Below are positions 32,200 through 44,861 of a stretch of DNA of 64,000 nt, piece after piece. The position numbers were made by a program, and so were the translations under genes. The stretch is from the NCBI GenBank assembly GCA_900088475.1, contig FLMG01001436.1, forward strand, positions 1-64,000, in the 5' to 3' direction. The DNA is from Hyphochytrium catenoides. Lineage: Eukaryota > Protista > Hyphochytriomycota. The notes beneath the pieces are model-generated. The model had not been told where the DNA came from, did no database searches, and was given only the letters and a program-made list of their open reading frames with translations. Every line of letters starts with the position of its first letter. The first letter of the stretch is position 1.

Positions 32200-35100
32200 A
32201 TGGCTTGTGACTGGGGTTCAGTTGATATCGTCTGTTATACGGTACGTACAGCTTAACCTGCTCTGACTGCGTTAGAAGTGGTGGTAAAGCAAGATCTGCA
32301 GGCATCATGGTTCCTAATGGGGCAGCAACTCCTCTGGGGCTCCGTGATATGGGCCTTCTTTGCTATCCTTGGCTTTGTGTTGGATCGAGTGGAGGAGGCT
32401 AGAGGCAAGGATGTCCACGACAATATGCGACCAGCACTTAAGGCTGACCCCACCCGACTCACGGTACGTAAGAAGAGCCATAAGGTCACAGATCTTCACG
32501 AGCTATAAAAGGGTTATCTCTCCTCTGCAGAACGCTTACGTGCAGCTTGCGCTATCAGCCATAATCTGTGCGCTTTGGGGTAAGTATTGGTCTCTCTGCA
32601 TAGGAAATGCAAACGAACTAACTCCAAAGTAGTCGTTTGGTCTGGTGTAAGGGTCGTCGATCCAGTCTCATGGCTTTTTGGTGTCATTGTGAGCGTGCTT
32701 TGCTTATGCAGCTTCATTATAAGATTCGGAGCTTCGTCACGAAGGTGGGCCTAGTACCTCTGTAAGGACCAACGAGAAAAGACTGATTAGCTTTCTCCGC
32801 ACTCCCCATTGGCTATTAGGTTTTGGTTCGTCTTGTCAGCAAACTCTTTGATGGATATCCTCTCAATCTCATCCCTCTTTGTGATGAGACTTGCGACCGA
32901 GAAGAGAACCACGGTAGGAATGCCACTATGAACCATTGTGCTCGATAGTTCTAACCAAGCGCTCATTCTTCAACACAACTATTTTCAGCGAGCTCTTGGC
33001 ATATTTTCCGTACATTCCTGGCTTTCGCTAGGGTTTTTACGATCGTATGTAATCCACGCCGTCTTCCTGCGCCTTGAAAAGAAGGTACGATAAGAGACCT
33101 ATGGCGACCAAACAGACTGAGCCTAATGCCAAACTTCTTTTCACAGATAAATGCCCACTCGCGCCTTGTAATGCAGATACAGCTCTTCAATTTCGGGTGT
33201 AAAGTTCTATTTTTAATATTTTTTGGTGGGTCCTAGGATTCGTCATTCTCTCCCCGTCCAACTCTCTTTAAGCTCGTACTCCTCAGTCGTCAGATCCTAG
33301 CTACTCTAGAGCCCTCGCTCACCCTTGAGAGTGCCATGTGTTTCCTTCAATCACTCCTATCAAAGCTTTGATCCTTATCTTGAACTCACGAGATCGTTCC
33401 GACCCTGCGTCTCACCTGCGTTGGATTGACTCCTGTCTTGTCAGATCAACTAGCTCCCACCCCACCGCGACCCCAACTAATAACCCTTCATGTTTGTCTC
33501 GGTAGCTGCTGCAATGTTTATGACGCTGGAGACGCTAGGCGAGCTGGAGGGCATCGACTCTTACTTTTCCCATGTGTACAACTGCAACGGCATCTTGGTA
33601 CCCAACAAAGAGTCCATCGCTGACCCTCTGATCAGGAACAGCTGTACCGAAACCTGGTCACTCTTTGTTTCTATCTACTACATCTTTGTCACAGTCAGCA
33701 CTGTGGGATATGGAGAGTTCACGCCTAGAACCTTTCTGGGCAGGTGGGCAGGTATGTCCGTTGAACCCTTTGCGAGTTAGACTTATTGTCCGTCTGATAT
33801 GTTGATAACAACCTTTTGTACAATCAGACCTTTAAAACATGCTTAGTCACGGACTCACGTGCCTTTCCTCTTACTTTGATACCACCTGTAAGGGCTAGCT
33901 AAAGCCTGTGTTGCGCTTGGGTTTGCCACCATATTACTGACAGTGAAATCTGCCTTGTAGCCATCTTCATTATTGTGGTTGGCCTCCCCATGTTTCTTCG
34001 GGAAGCTGCCAGTCTTGTCAACCTTGCCACAGCAGAGAGGACGGGAAGAGGTAAATTTGCGCCACCTAAACACAAAGAAGTTTGCCACGCCGTAGTCATT
34101 GGACTGCCGACCTTCGTCCAGGTAATTATCACTCCTCCTCTTTATCTCTATTGATGTTACGATCCCGCCGGCACTTTCTCGCGGTCTGCCTTTGGTCCGC
34201 TCTGCATAGATCTTCTTGGGCTTTTGGCACTTGAGTCAAGCAACTTGACTTTTCTCAGCTACTATTCAACTTTTGCCACTAGCCCATCGTTAGATAATCT
34301 ATCTCTGTCTGACAGGTGAAAGACCTCCTGACTGAGCTCTTTCACCAAGACCATAAGAGCGTGCGTGACCTTACACACGTGGTTTTTTTGGGTCGACGGT
34401 ATCCTGAAGAGCAGGTGAGACTAAAGAAGTGGTCGCTGTACTTCTTGTCTATGGAGATCTGCAAGTCCTATGCCCTGCTACACGCTGTTGCCGTACCTTA
34501 ACGTCTCCTTTGCACAGGAAGAAGAGTTCCTTCGTGACGTTTCGTCTTGGTTAGAAGGCGATACCATTCGAAGCAAGTGCTGGTTTTTGAGAGGCTCCGC
34601 CCTGGAGGAAGTTGACCTTAAAAGAGCCTCGGTACACGAAGCCAGAGTGGTAGGTTTGATGCCTTTGTAAGAATCTGGGCGTATCCCTAAATCAGCCTTA
34701 TGAGTTGACTGTCACTTTCCTGGACAAGTGAAGAAGTTGAGACTGGTTCACTTACGAGGACACTATTATAGTTCGCCTCATGCTCTGTCGTTCAGGTTTT
34801 TGTCCTGCCAAATAAGAACGCTCAGGATCCAAATGAGGAGGACGCCTCAAACATCCTTCGCGTCCTGGCTGTAAAGGAGCAAATTAAACCTGGAACACGT
34901 ATCATCGTTCAGCTCTTGAACTCTGAGAATTTGCGGCATTTGGAGGTCATTGGGATCCCAGCTGACGATGTTGTCTGTGTTGACGCCATAAAAATGGGGC
35001 TGCTGGGGCTTAACTGCAGGTTTGCTGCTCTCTTCCTTTTGGTACTGCATGCCGGCGCCGCGCTCCTTATCCTGAGTGAACACTTTGGTTCATCTTCCTT

Positions 35101-38100
35101 CCTTATGGGATGTTGCCTTTACCCCGTCACCTTTTCAGTCGGTTCTGACAGCTGTGTACCACCTCTTGATACCCCCATCAATCATCCTCTTATCCACCTA
35201 TGTTGCGAGCTGAAGTACTCGTTATTACAGGTGTCGTGGGATATTGACTCTTATCTCCAACCTGGTCTGTAGCAGAGGGGAGGAGTGGACAGACTCACAA
35301 ACCCCCTGGCTCCGCGAGTATTTGCAAGGCGCAGCCTTGGAGATATACAGCACAAAGCTTAAAAAAGAGTATGTATCACCAAACCATGCATATACATCCA
35401 GCATCGAACTAAAGACCCTACTTTTGTTGTCTTTTACTCCCCTGCCACTGCAACTTGGGCGGTTCAGATTCGCGGGCTGTACTTTCATGGAGGCTGTGCG
35501 AGCCGTTTTCGAAGCAACAGATGGGCGAGTGGTTCTGATCGGGGTCAATCACAGCCAAAGCAACCAGCTCATACTAAATCCAGGCGACAAGCTTATACTG
35601 TCCGAAGACGATGAGGTGACATTACCGCTTCTATCGACCCGTTTCGAAGTTCCCATGTGTTGTTTTTATTCCGGGTACGGAGGTCTCCCTAGCCAGTTCA
35701 ATCTGGGCTGTATGTTTCTAGTTTGTATGCCAGGGACCGCCGTCTCCTTAGCCACCTCCTTAAATGTCAACGGGCTCGTTCGTCGGCGCTATGCTATTCG
35801 GCGATAAAACTACACCCCACCAAGCTGGGCTGATTAGGAAGTAACCCCTTTATGATGGCTTATAGGTTTACGCCATAGCGGAGGATGCAAAATCCTTGGC
35901 TCGAGCCAATTTATTACACGAAACTAAAGAGGAAGACAAGAAGCAAAGTGCGGTCGGGGATGACGCGACTGAGTCGTTGCTAGGTGATAGGCAGAATATT
36001 AGCACCAGTGCAGGACCCCCCAGTAGTAAGGCAGACGACTTCAAATGGAAGAGTAAGGTATGAGGGCCGTCCGGGGTTATGGAAGACACAGCGTCGCATT
36101 GTCATTCGACAAAGGCGGATGCTTGAGAGGTGTGACAACAGGCTCAGACTCCTTACCGACTAACACATCCTTTTGGTCTTCCTACTTGTCTGTTTTATAA
36201 GGGGCGAGAGCAACGACGTATGGATGGAGCAGATATGGAAGTAGTTATCTCAACTTATGATGCCAGTGCTCCACCTGGGCCTCCACCCTCTTCAGTTTTA
36301 CAGAGGTCTCATATAATCGTCTGCAGTAACTTTGGAAATGCGCGGGAAAGCGCGTTGGCATCACTCAAACATTTTCTGGAGCCTCTCCGAGCTCCTCACC
36401 TGCGGTACGAGCAGCCGGTAATTCTAATCGACCCCACAGGTAAGAGTAGGAATGAGAAAGGTAACAAGCGAGGCCATTCGAGGATAGGGTCGAAATACAT
36501 AGGAACTCGGGTTACAGTCTCAATTGGAGACAGATCAAAGAGCAAGCCAAGCGTCTTCTCGGTGACAGTACTTATCAATGTCTAAAACCTGATCTCTCCG
36601 GATACTGCAGAGTTCAATGCATCCTGGTGGTTTGAGTTGTCTCAGTTCAAAGAGGTGTACCACATACAGGGTTCACCTGTGGATATGAGGTAGGGGCATA
36701 CTCTGCTTCCCTCAGTTCTTCCGAAGGCCCTGGAAGAGTCTGTCTCTAATAGCCTTCTCTTGTTACTTCATTTCACTCTTCTGCAGCAACCTTAGTAAGG
36801 CACACCCAGCGTCAGCCTCCACCATTGTAGTACTCTCCCAACCTCGAGTGCGTGATATGGACGATATATCGACAATTTTCAACAGCATGCTGATCAACTC
36901 GGTAGTGGACTCATCCAAGGTAGGAGATCGTCAGTCGGAAAGAGTCGTCGGATTCGAGATATGACACTCGTACGGCCAACAAGAGGTGATCTTAGGTCCA
37001 GTAGGAAACACTCAAGGCAATGAGACACTTGCTACTCTGCCTGGAGTGAAGGGACTGTAGTTTTCCAGGCGTAGTCTGGTGATAGAGCGATAGCACGGAT
37101 CAGAGTTGTATGAGTTTGCTGATAACCTCATTCGGTTAGGTCTTTATACAGATTGAACTCACCAACGCCTCATCGATGAAACTCCTTGATATGGGAGGAA
37201 TGGCTACCCTTAACGCTGCATATGGCCGACCGTCACAAGGGCAACTAGCACGAGTCCCGACCGGCTTGAAGGGTGCCTGGTTGGGTATGAAAGAGCCTAG
37301 CCTGAAGAGGTAAGTCACCTTATAGAACACCCAAAGGCTGATATCAAAGGAAGATAGAGGCATCAGCAGGACGTTGTCGAACATATAAGTTTTGGATGCC
37401 TCATCGCTTCTTCCCAGTATTTCAGAGTCATACTGGTCTCATAGAGGCCCTTGCCCTTTCGACTGCCTCACATGTTCGCTCAAATGTTGGTCACAGCAAA
37501 AGGCCTGAAGATGATAAACCGCATCTGGAAGCGCGGTTTGCCGCTGGTCATCTCTACTCCTCCGCCATCACAGACGAAATTGTCGCTCAGGTAATGACAA
37601 AACTGCCTGTATTTGGTCCCCAGTCAATCGTGCTCGGTGCAGTGTGAAGTCGCACCTTTACTTATTGCTGTCCCTACCATATGACACACTAGGCATACTA
37701 CAACCGGAGGATAAATCGGCTTCTTAACATCGTCCTGGAAGGCGAAAGTGCCTGTTTCACCCTATACAAAATCCCCCTTTTTCTCCGAGTAAGGGTGGTC
37801 GACTGTTTCCGGACCTCACAATGCACGGAGACTAACATATGACTATGATCTCGGGTCTCTTTTTTGCTGTTCGTGTGGTTAGCGCGAGGGCCTTACCTAT
37901 GGGGAAGTCTTCAATTACTTCACCAAGTCCAAGAGTGGCGGATTGCCGCTAGGGCTACTTCGCGCGGCCACGACTTCGAACAAAGCGGCACTCCCTTATG
38001 TCTACACCGCTCCTGACAGATCAGTCCAAGTAAGTAAACAGCGTGAGGGGAAAGCAAATGAGACCGCTTAGTGTCGAGTACACACCATCCTCTGCATGTA

Positions 38101-38440
38101 TAGAGATAATTGGCCTACTTACAAGCCCTACAAGGAGTGGTGGCCGGTTGTTGGTTATATGGGCTGAGGGATAGCGTCTCGTCGTGGCAGGTGGTACCGC
38201 AGAGAAGCTGGAGTTTCCGTGCTGGCACCTTCAAGTACAAATGATTCTGATCTTCTCAACTTGCAGGTCAACGAAGATGATCGCGTATTCATATTGCTGG
38301 GGTACAAGCCTCTCCAGGAAATAGCATGCAAGCTCTCAACGCAAGTTGCGAAGTGGTACAAGTGGAGGAAGTCCTTCACTCCAAGGCATCGAAGGAGCAC
38401 GACGAAAAATGAAGAAGGAAAGGATAAAGGACTGAAATAA
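32200..38440 (+). CDS. Slo/BK-family potassium channel alpha subunit (S0-S6 plus two RCK domains), multi-exon
   Basis: Pore SIYYIFVTVSTVGYGEFTPRTFLGR. RCK1 motifs LTELFHQDH, FLRGSALEEVDLKRA, NKNAQDPNEEDASNILRVLAVK, IKMGLLGLNC, TLISNL and WLREYLQGAALEIY. RCK2 motifs HIIVC, FLEPLRAPHL, RFAAGHLYSS, LPLGLLR and LPYVYTAP. The start ATG (MACDWGS) is inferred. Confidence 0.93.
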
Positions 38441-38797
38441 AGGTTGTGATTAGTATCAGATGGGAATTGTAAGCGGTTCCCTTAACCATTTTTTGCGCAA
38501 CGGAGAAGAGAGTCTCTGCTAAGGGAAGGTCGTACGTAAAACAGCCCTTGTTGCTCCAAAGACCGAGAGAAAAGGTCAAACTGGACGAAATCCTATAAAA
38601 TGGCGAAAAGGAGTCCACGTCAAGAATCAGCAGCTCAAAGAACCGCGTGAGCAGTGTGCTGTCCCAATTTGTCCACCCAAAGAGGGCAGCACAACAGCTC
38701 AATAGCATGCCCTGAGGAGCTAAAGTAACGCTGAGGGGCAACAGGGTCAAACATCAATGAAGGTCTTTCCCAACGTTAAGAGGAAAAGCACTAGCAG

Positions 38798-41773
38798 CTA
38801 TAGATCTTTGTCCAGTGGATTGCCCCTTGAGATAAGCGACACAAACAGCTGCAGGCTTGTCTGTATAGACTGCTTATTGCAGCCTGGACCGCCCACGATC
38901 TCGTAACATGGATTCGTCATTGCCAGGATGCTCAAGGTAACTGTCCAAATGGAGGCTATTACCATAGTCGCAATCATTGCAACTCCAGCGCATCTGTTGA
39001 GAGGTTGAGCTCGCAATTTAGCCAACGCCGCCTTGCCGCTAGGCAGGAGGAAGATGAATGGGAGAGGGAGCAGGTTGATGGCGTTTGCTAGGATGGTAAG
39101 CTTCCATACTCCGTCATAGTTCCCTTCCTCTAGGTCTTCCAACTGGACTGGCCAGACTCCAAGGAGAACGTTCGAGATTGTGGCGGACACGCCCCCGGCG
39201 AGGTTCTGAAAGCCTGTTAGCAGCGCATAGGCCAAACCTGCCGGAGAATCTTAGAAATATGGCTTGGAAACGCACAAGGGGCACCCTAAAGCAGGGATGA
39301 TGACAGCTCAGGAGGACACAACCAATACGAGAAGAAAAGAGCCTAGAGAGCCACAAAATCTTCCATTTTTCAAGAACAATACATGCTTTCGCAACAATAC
39401 CTTCCTGGCCGTCAGGGCAGAGCTGCACGAACATCAATGACGAGGGCAAGTACTGGATTCCCGCTACAAAGGTAATGATGACACTGTCACCCAGAGAGAA
39501 CCAGTAAGGCGAGATGCCCAATGTCTCATTGATGTCAAAGACTAAGAGGATGTTCAACACCGCTACGAAAGAGGCGGTAAAGGTAGTCCAGAAGTAGACA
39601 CCGCGCCAAACGTCTCGGTGCAAGCCATACTTCTTATACAGCCAAACGCCAACGAACATCACCATTGAGCCTACAGCGCCCATAGAAGCGTACTGGAAGG
39701 CTGAAAATCGGTATTTGACCTGCAAGAAGTTTCCCCAGGCAGCGTTGTAGGTCATGGTTGAAGAGTAAAAGAAGATGTATGAAAGAGGTTGCCACACGCC
39801 CCTATTGGAGAGAAGGTCGAAAATAGTCTGAAGCTGCGTCCGGATGGGAGAGCAGACTTGGGGAGGCTCGTGAAGGAAGTAGGTTGAGGGAATCATCACC
39901 ACTAACGGTACGATCTGCGACAGGAAAAGAGAGATTTAGACGGGTTAGGACAGTCTGGGCAAAAGTATGCTTGACGCCGCGGACCCGGTCAACAAATAAG
40001 TATTGAAGAGATAGCGCTCGAGCAAACAGCTTTATACCAGGAAGAAGGCTAAGTGGGGGGTGTGCGGAGGAAGATGAAAGAAGGATGGCTGCCAATAAAG
40101 AGAATGCTGCGAAAGACGAAAGAATTTGTCTTTTTGCATCGGCCTCCTGCTGTCTCTTACCGTCATTATGAGAAATATCTCAGATAAATCAAGGCCCCAT
40201 CCCCAGTCGGCCTTATTATAGAGTATGGCGCCCAGCCAGTACCCTACTATCTCAAACATAAACCTACCAGCGACAGAGAATACAACCCACGAGAAGTTAG
40301 AGAAGAGGATGAGGAACGGATGAGAGCAAGGGTCTATACACAGGCCTTGTCAAACGTCCAACAAGTCAATAGAAAGAACTAAAGGAGTCAAAATCTTAAG
40401 TACGACACCACTTCGTAAAGAGAATGCATTGATGGAGGTCTTCATCCGTATGTCTGACACAAATGGAAAACGCAGCAAAAGATTAGAAAGAGCTTAGAAA
40501 GCTTGCAGCACCTCGATAGATAAACAGTAGACTGGACTGATCCGGTTCTAGTTCCGGTTTCCAGTTTCGCCTTAGAGGCCATCAGGGCATCAGCCATTAC
40601 GTCAGCCATGATAAGACCAAAAACCTCCAGCAGGAGGAGGAAAGTGAAGGTGACCACTGAAGGTGTTTCTATAATACAGAGGAGAAGACTGCCCAAGGCG
40701 CAGATGGAGTAGCCCAGGAACATGTAGGGCTTGCGATGGTAGCCTCTTACGGGAAAAGCGTCCGAGAGAAAGCCATAGAGCAGCTGCAATGTTAAATTGA
40801 AAACGCCGCAGTCAGAAGAGAAGACTGGCACTATAAGCGAGTGTGGTGTATGGCCGATAGTGAGAGCTATTATGGCGAGAGGAAATCATGGGTTAAGGTG
40901 CTGACAGCTAGGTAAGAGAAGTTGCCAAAACTGCCTGTAAGGTGTAGGGATAACCAAGTCAGTGGAGGAGGAAGAGATCCTGTCAGAACAGGTCATTTAA
41001 GGGATGAACTCCTTGTGTTCTTCAGAGAGCGATCGCACCTTGAAGTTCCATGGCAAGGCTCTCACCGTGGCTATTGTTGACAGTTGAGAGTCCGAAGCGT
41101 GCAGAGTCCTTGGATAGAACTGAATGACGGCATTGGGAAATGTCAGGAGGAACCCAACGCACATGTAGCTCAGAGGAATGGCAATGTTGTCCTTCGTAAA
41201 TAGGTTCTGCCTCACTCCAACCTTCAAAGGACGAAGTGCTGGGTAAGTGACGGGAAGGGATAAGGACTTGTAGAGAAGAGAGCTGTATCGCGAGGAGAAT
41301 TGACACCAAGGCCTTCTCCTGTTCTATATTTCTCCTTTTCTCTTTATCCTTTTGCATCCAGGTGTCGGTTGCTCTCAACGTCACAACGACAAACAGTCCA
41401 AAGGAGGAAGCAATAGTAGAAAGAACAGATCACATTGACATGATGACGCATAGGGTCCAGCTAACGGGGCTTAGTGAGAGTAAATCGGGCACCTCTCTTG
41501 TACCTGGACTTCATCTTTTTTCTTCTTAGCAGGATCCTCCTCAGGCTGGAGTAGCCTCAGTCCTAGCTCCTTCTCCTGATTAGATAGCAATGACTCAGCC
41601 AATGGCGAAGGGCGAGGAGATCGGGCGATAGCTTGTGGATTGACATGGACCATCGGGTGGCCAGAGACTTCCACAGAGACATCGACCGACAGAGGCAGAG
41701 CGACGTAGTCATAGTCGTATTCGTCCTCTGCATCGTCGGTCTGACTCTTGTAAACTGAGCTCGGCTGGGCCAT
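38798..41773 (-). CDS. BT1-family folate/biopterin transporter (MFS), multi-exon
   Basis: LPWNFK|LLYGFLSDAFPVRGYHRKPYM, IMADVMADALM, GSVQSTVYLSR, FSLGDSVI, LCPDGQEG|LAYALLTGFQN and LLPLPFIFLLP, with many TM segments. Confidence 0.92.
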
Positions 41774-42133
41774 CCTAGGATGCTAGTCAAAAGGAGGAGG
41801 GACTACAAGGGTATCAATGTCCTATGAAGCTGCGATAGAGGAAGAGAGTTGTAGGGAAGATGGTGATAGACTGTGCATTGAGGATCTCCCGTGGTAAGAA
41901 TCGTTCTAGGTCCGCTTCGCCTCTTATTTTCCCTCCATCTGCTTCGTGTCTTATGACGGAGTGGTGCACCTGAGCTCAGGTATGAAAAGTAGCAATCTAG
42001 AGATAGAGATTGATGCAGTTGAGCGCCAGAAAAGAGCAAACAACAGACTACGATGATAAGTCAGAGACCGGGAGCGAGCGGGAGGAATAGAGGACAGAGC
42101 AGAAGAAGCAGTGAGGCAGGAGAAGAGAAGCGA

Positions 42134-42134
<1 letters not shown>

Positions 42135-42164
<30 letters not shown>

Positions 42165-42183
42165 TAAGAGAGAGATAAGAGAG

Positions 42184-42226
<43 letters not shown>
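42135..42226. repeat. (GA)n microsatellite upstream of the BT1 transporter
   Basis: Long, mostly perfect GA runs, which read (CT)n on the transporter sense strand. Confidence 0.95.
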
Positions 42227-42230
<4 letters not shown>

Positions 42231-43152
42231 AGTGAGGGAAGGGAGAACGGAGACATAACAGCGCTAGATGAGAAGAGCCCCGGCAAGGTAGTAGGCGGAG
42301 AGTGCTGAGAGTCCACTGCTCAACAGCCGGTGTGGCCAGTCTACAAGCAGGAATATTAACGCACCTGCGAGACCGATGCCATCATCTCATCTCGTCTCGG
42401 TCCTCAGTACTATAGAAGCTAAGCAGAGAGCGCTCTGTCTGTCTGTTGGTCAGGCCAGCCAGCCTTCCTTCTTCAAGATCAATCTCCAAGCTGCACAACA
42501 CGTACAAGGGAATTGGAACAATTGAACCTATTTTACAAGTTCCTTTCATATGGATTTAACCTAGACGGAAACATTAGTAAGAATTGAAAGGATAATGGAA
42601 CTTTGCTATCGCTGATAATGCCGTTTACATCCATAACCGGACGGCCACATAGGGAAGAGTCACAATTGAAGAGGAGTTGGGCAAATGTACACATTGCTTG
42701 TTCCTACGGTAAAGGCTTACCTGCTGCTGCCGTTAATAACTCGCCCTACGTGGAGACCAGCAGAGAGAGAGAAAGTGAGAGATTGGACTAGTGACCAGAG
42801 TGCAGGCAGTGTGGTGACATCGGGAAGCAGCAGAAAGAACAGAAGTTGTGGACACTAGAAACCAGGGACGACGATGCTGGGAAGTTGCATATTTCTCTGT
42901 GGGTAAGACTATCGTGGACCTATATTATATAAAGGTTTCTAGGCTACTTAGACTTTTCTTTTTGAGGGGCAAGTCATACTGATCGCAACCATGAGTAAAT
43001 AGAGTAGAGTGAGGCTAATGCTGTACGAAGAATGAACGATATTGGACTAGTCATAGAAGCTAAGGTAGTGTCGGCTTCTATAGTTGTTTCCGCGACCGTT
43101 CGTCAGAGTTGCGCCAGTAGTAGTTATGCGTTAACATGGCAGATTGCCCATT

Positions 43153-43776
43153 GCTCTTTGGCCCTGAAGCAAAAGTAAGCATTAGCGCAATTGTCGCGGC
43201 ATCCCCCTAAGTAAAGCACCTACGATGAGATATCAGACAGATCAAGGTGCAGCCACTCCCTAGAGTCCATGAAGGCCCTTCCGAGAGGTTTCCATGTAGC
43301 CTCAGTATAAGTAGCTATTAGCTCGATGGGCGGCTGATGCCAGCAACAGGATAAGAAGCGTACACAGCCATATGAAATGGCTGCAAGAGTCGTTAGTAAC
43401 ATGGGATAGAAAGAGCTACGTAATAGGAAGGAGCCTAAGGACGCACTGGCGCCACCCATCAACGCTCTTTGGCCCTGAAGCAAAAGTGAGCATTAGCGCA
43501 ATTGTCGCGGCATCCTCCTAAGTAAAGCACCTACGATGAGATATCGGCCAGATCAAGGTGCAGCCACTCCCTAAAGTCCATGAAGGCCCTTCCGAGAGGT
43601 TTCCATGTAGCCTCAGTATAAGTAGCTATTGGTTCGATGGTTGGCTGATGCCAGCAACAGGATAAGAAGCGTACACAGCCATTTGAAATGGCTCCAAGAG
43701 TCGTTAGTAACATGGGAGAGGAAGAGCTACGCAATAGTAAGGAGCTCAAGGACGCATTGACGCCACCCATCAACGC
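43153..43776. repeat. Two-copy tandem direct duplication with a 311-bp unit
   Basis: GCTCTTTGGCCCTGAAGCAAAAGT starts at 43153 and again at 43464, and both copies end CGCCACCCATCAAC. I counted about 19 substitutions by eye and saw no indels. Confidence 0.95.
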
Positions 43777-44861
43777 AAAATGGAGGCCGAGCAGTCCTCC
43801 TTGAATGAGAGCAGCCTTCGATGCAGCACAAGCCCTCCCTCCCAAACATAGCCAGGGGCTACTGTGTCCTCAGGAGCAGACAAATAGACTCAGTTTCGCC
43901 TTCTTAGATCACAGAATGTTCGCCCTTATCGGCCTCATATTTGTCGTCAATGTCTCGTGAAGATTGACCATCACTCTCGGCCTCCTTCCGCCAATAATCG
44001 ACGCAGGTCATCCACGGTAGTGGAGATCTGATTCTCAATGTGCGACGGATTTGGACAGAAGCAAGTCTGGCACTTTCAAGCTTGCCTGCGACTGCTACCG
44101 ACGGTAGTTTGTAAGATCAATCGCTACTCCTGCCTTCAAGCCTGTACGGCCTGAGAGATCAGGATTGCGAGATCCGGCCTTTAAGGACTGAACGTCAGAC
44201 CTTTTACTGATCATCATTGTCTATGCTTCGCTGCTCCTGAAGGGACAGTGTCTAGTGGGACAGTTTATGTTGAAGGGGGTCATCTGAAGGGCTGCATCAT
44301 TGGCTGCTCTTGAGAGTGCAAGAGAACAGGCACATCAGGCAAGCTGCTCACGATTCAACGAACGCAGGATGCAAGTGGAAGGCTGCAAGCGTTCATCTTC
44401 TCTCTGCAGTCAAGCCAGAAGCTCGATTGAATGTCTGAAGCAAGATCTGCGCGCTCACCACAGATTTTTTTGGTTCTTGTTGTGGTGACAGAAGCTGTAG
44501 GAGAGGTAGGAGATGTTGTGGACTGAGGAATATTTCAGACATTCGTGCCCATACCGCATAATAATGCACATACTAGCGGACTGAACTGAAAGATACATAG
44601 CTTCACATTGCAATGTTTCATGAAAGGTTTCCATTGAAGATCGAATCTTCAGAATCATCTCGAGTTCATACGAAGATCGGCTGAGGAGAGACTGCTGCCG
44701 AAGTGTATAAGAACGAGACCGGAACGGGGCGTGGGCACCGTTATCAGTGAAGGAGTGAGGACGGTGAAGGACGAGACTTGAGACGCTTAGACATACATAA
44801 GATTCCTGCTCCGCAAGGCTGCGAAGCGCAGGTTCCGCGAGCCTCAACCTGCCTGTTGTCT

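Noticed and set aside
41951-42316. ORF rich in SLSLSL
   Set aside because: It is simply a translation of the (CT)n microsatellite.
42590-42790. Tc1/IS630-like fragments (AIADNAVYIH, NSPYVE) and hAT-like fragments near 43990 and 44600
   Set aside because: The matches are short, wrongly spaced and need several frameshifts, and I found no TIRs. This is too weak to call a mobile element.
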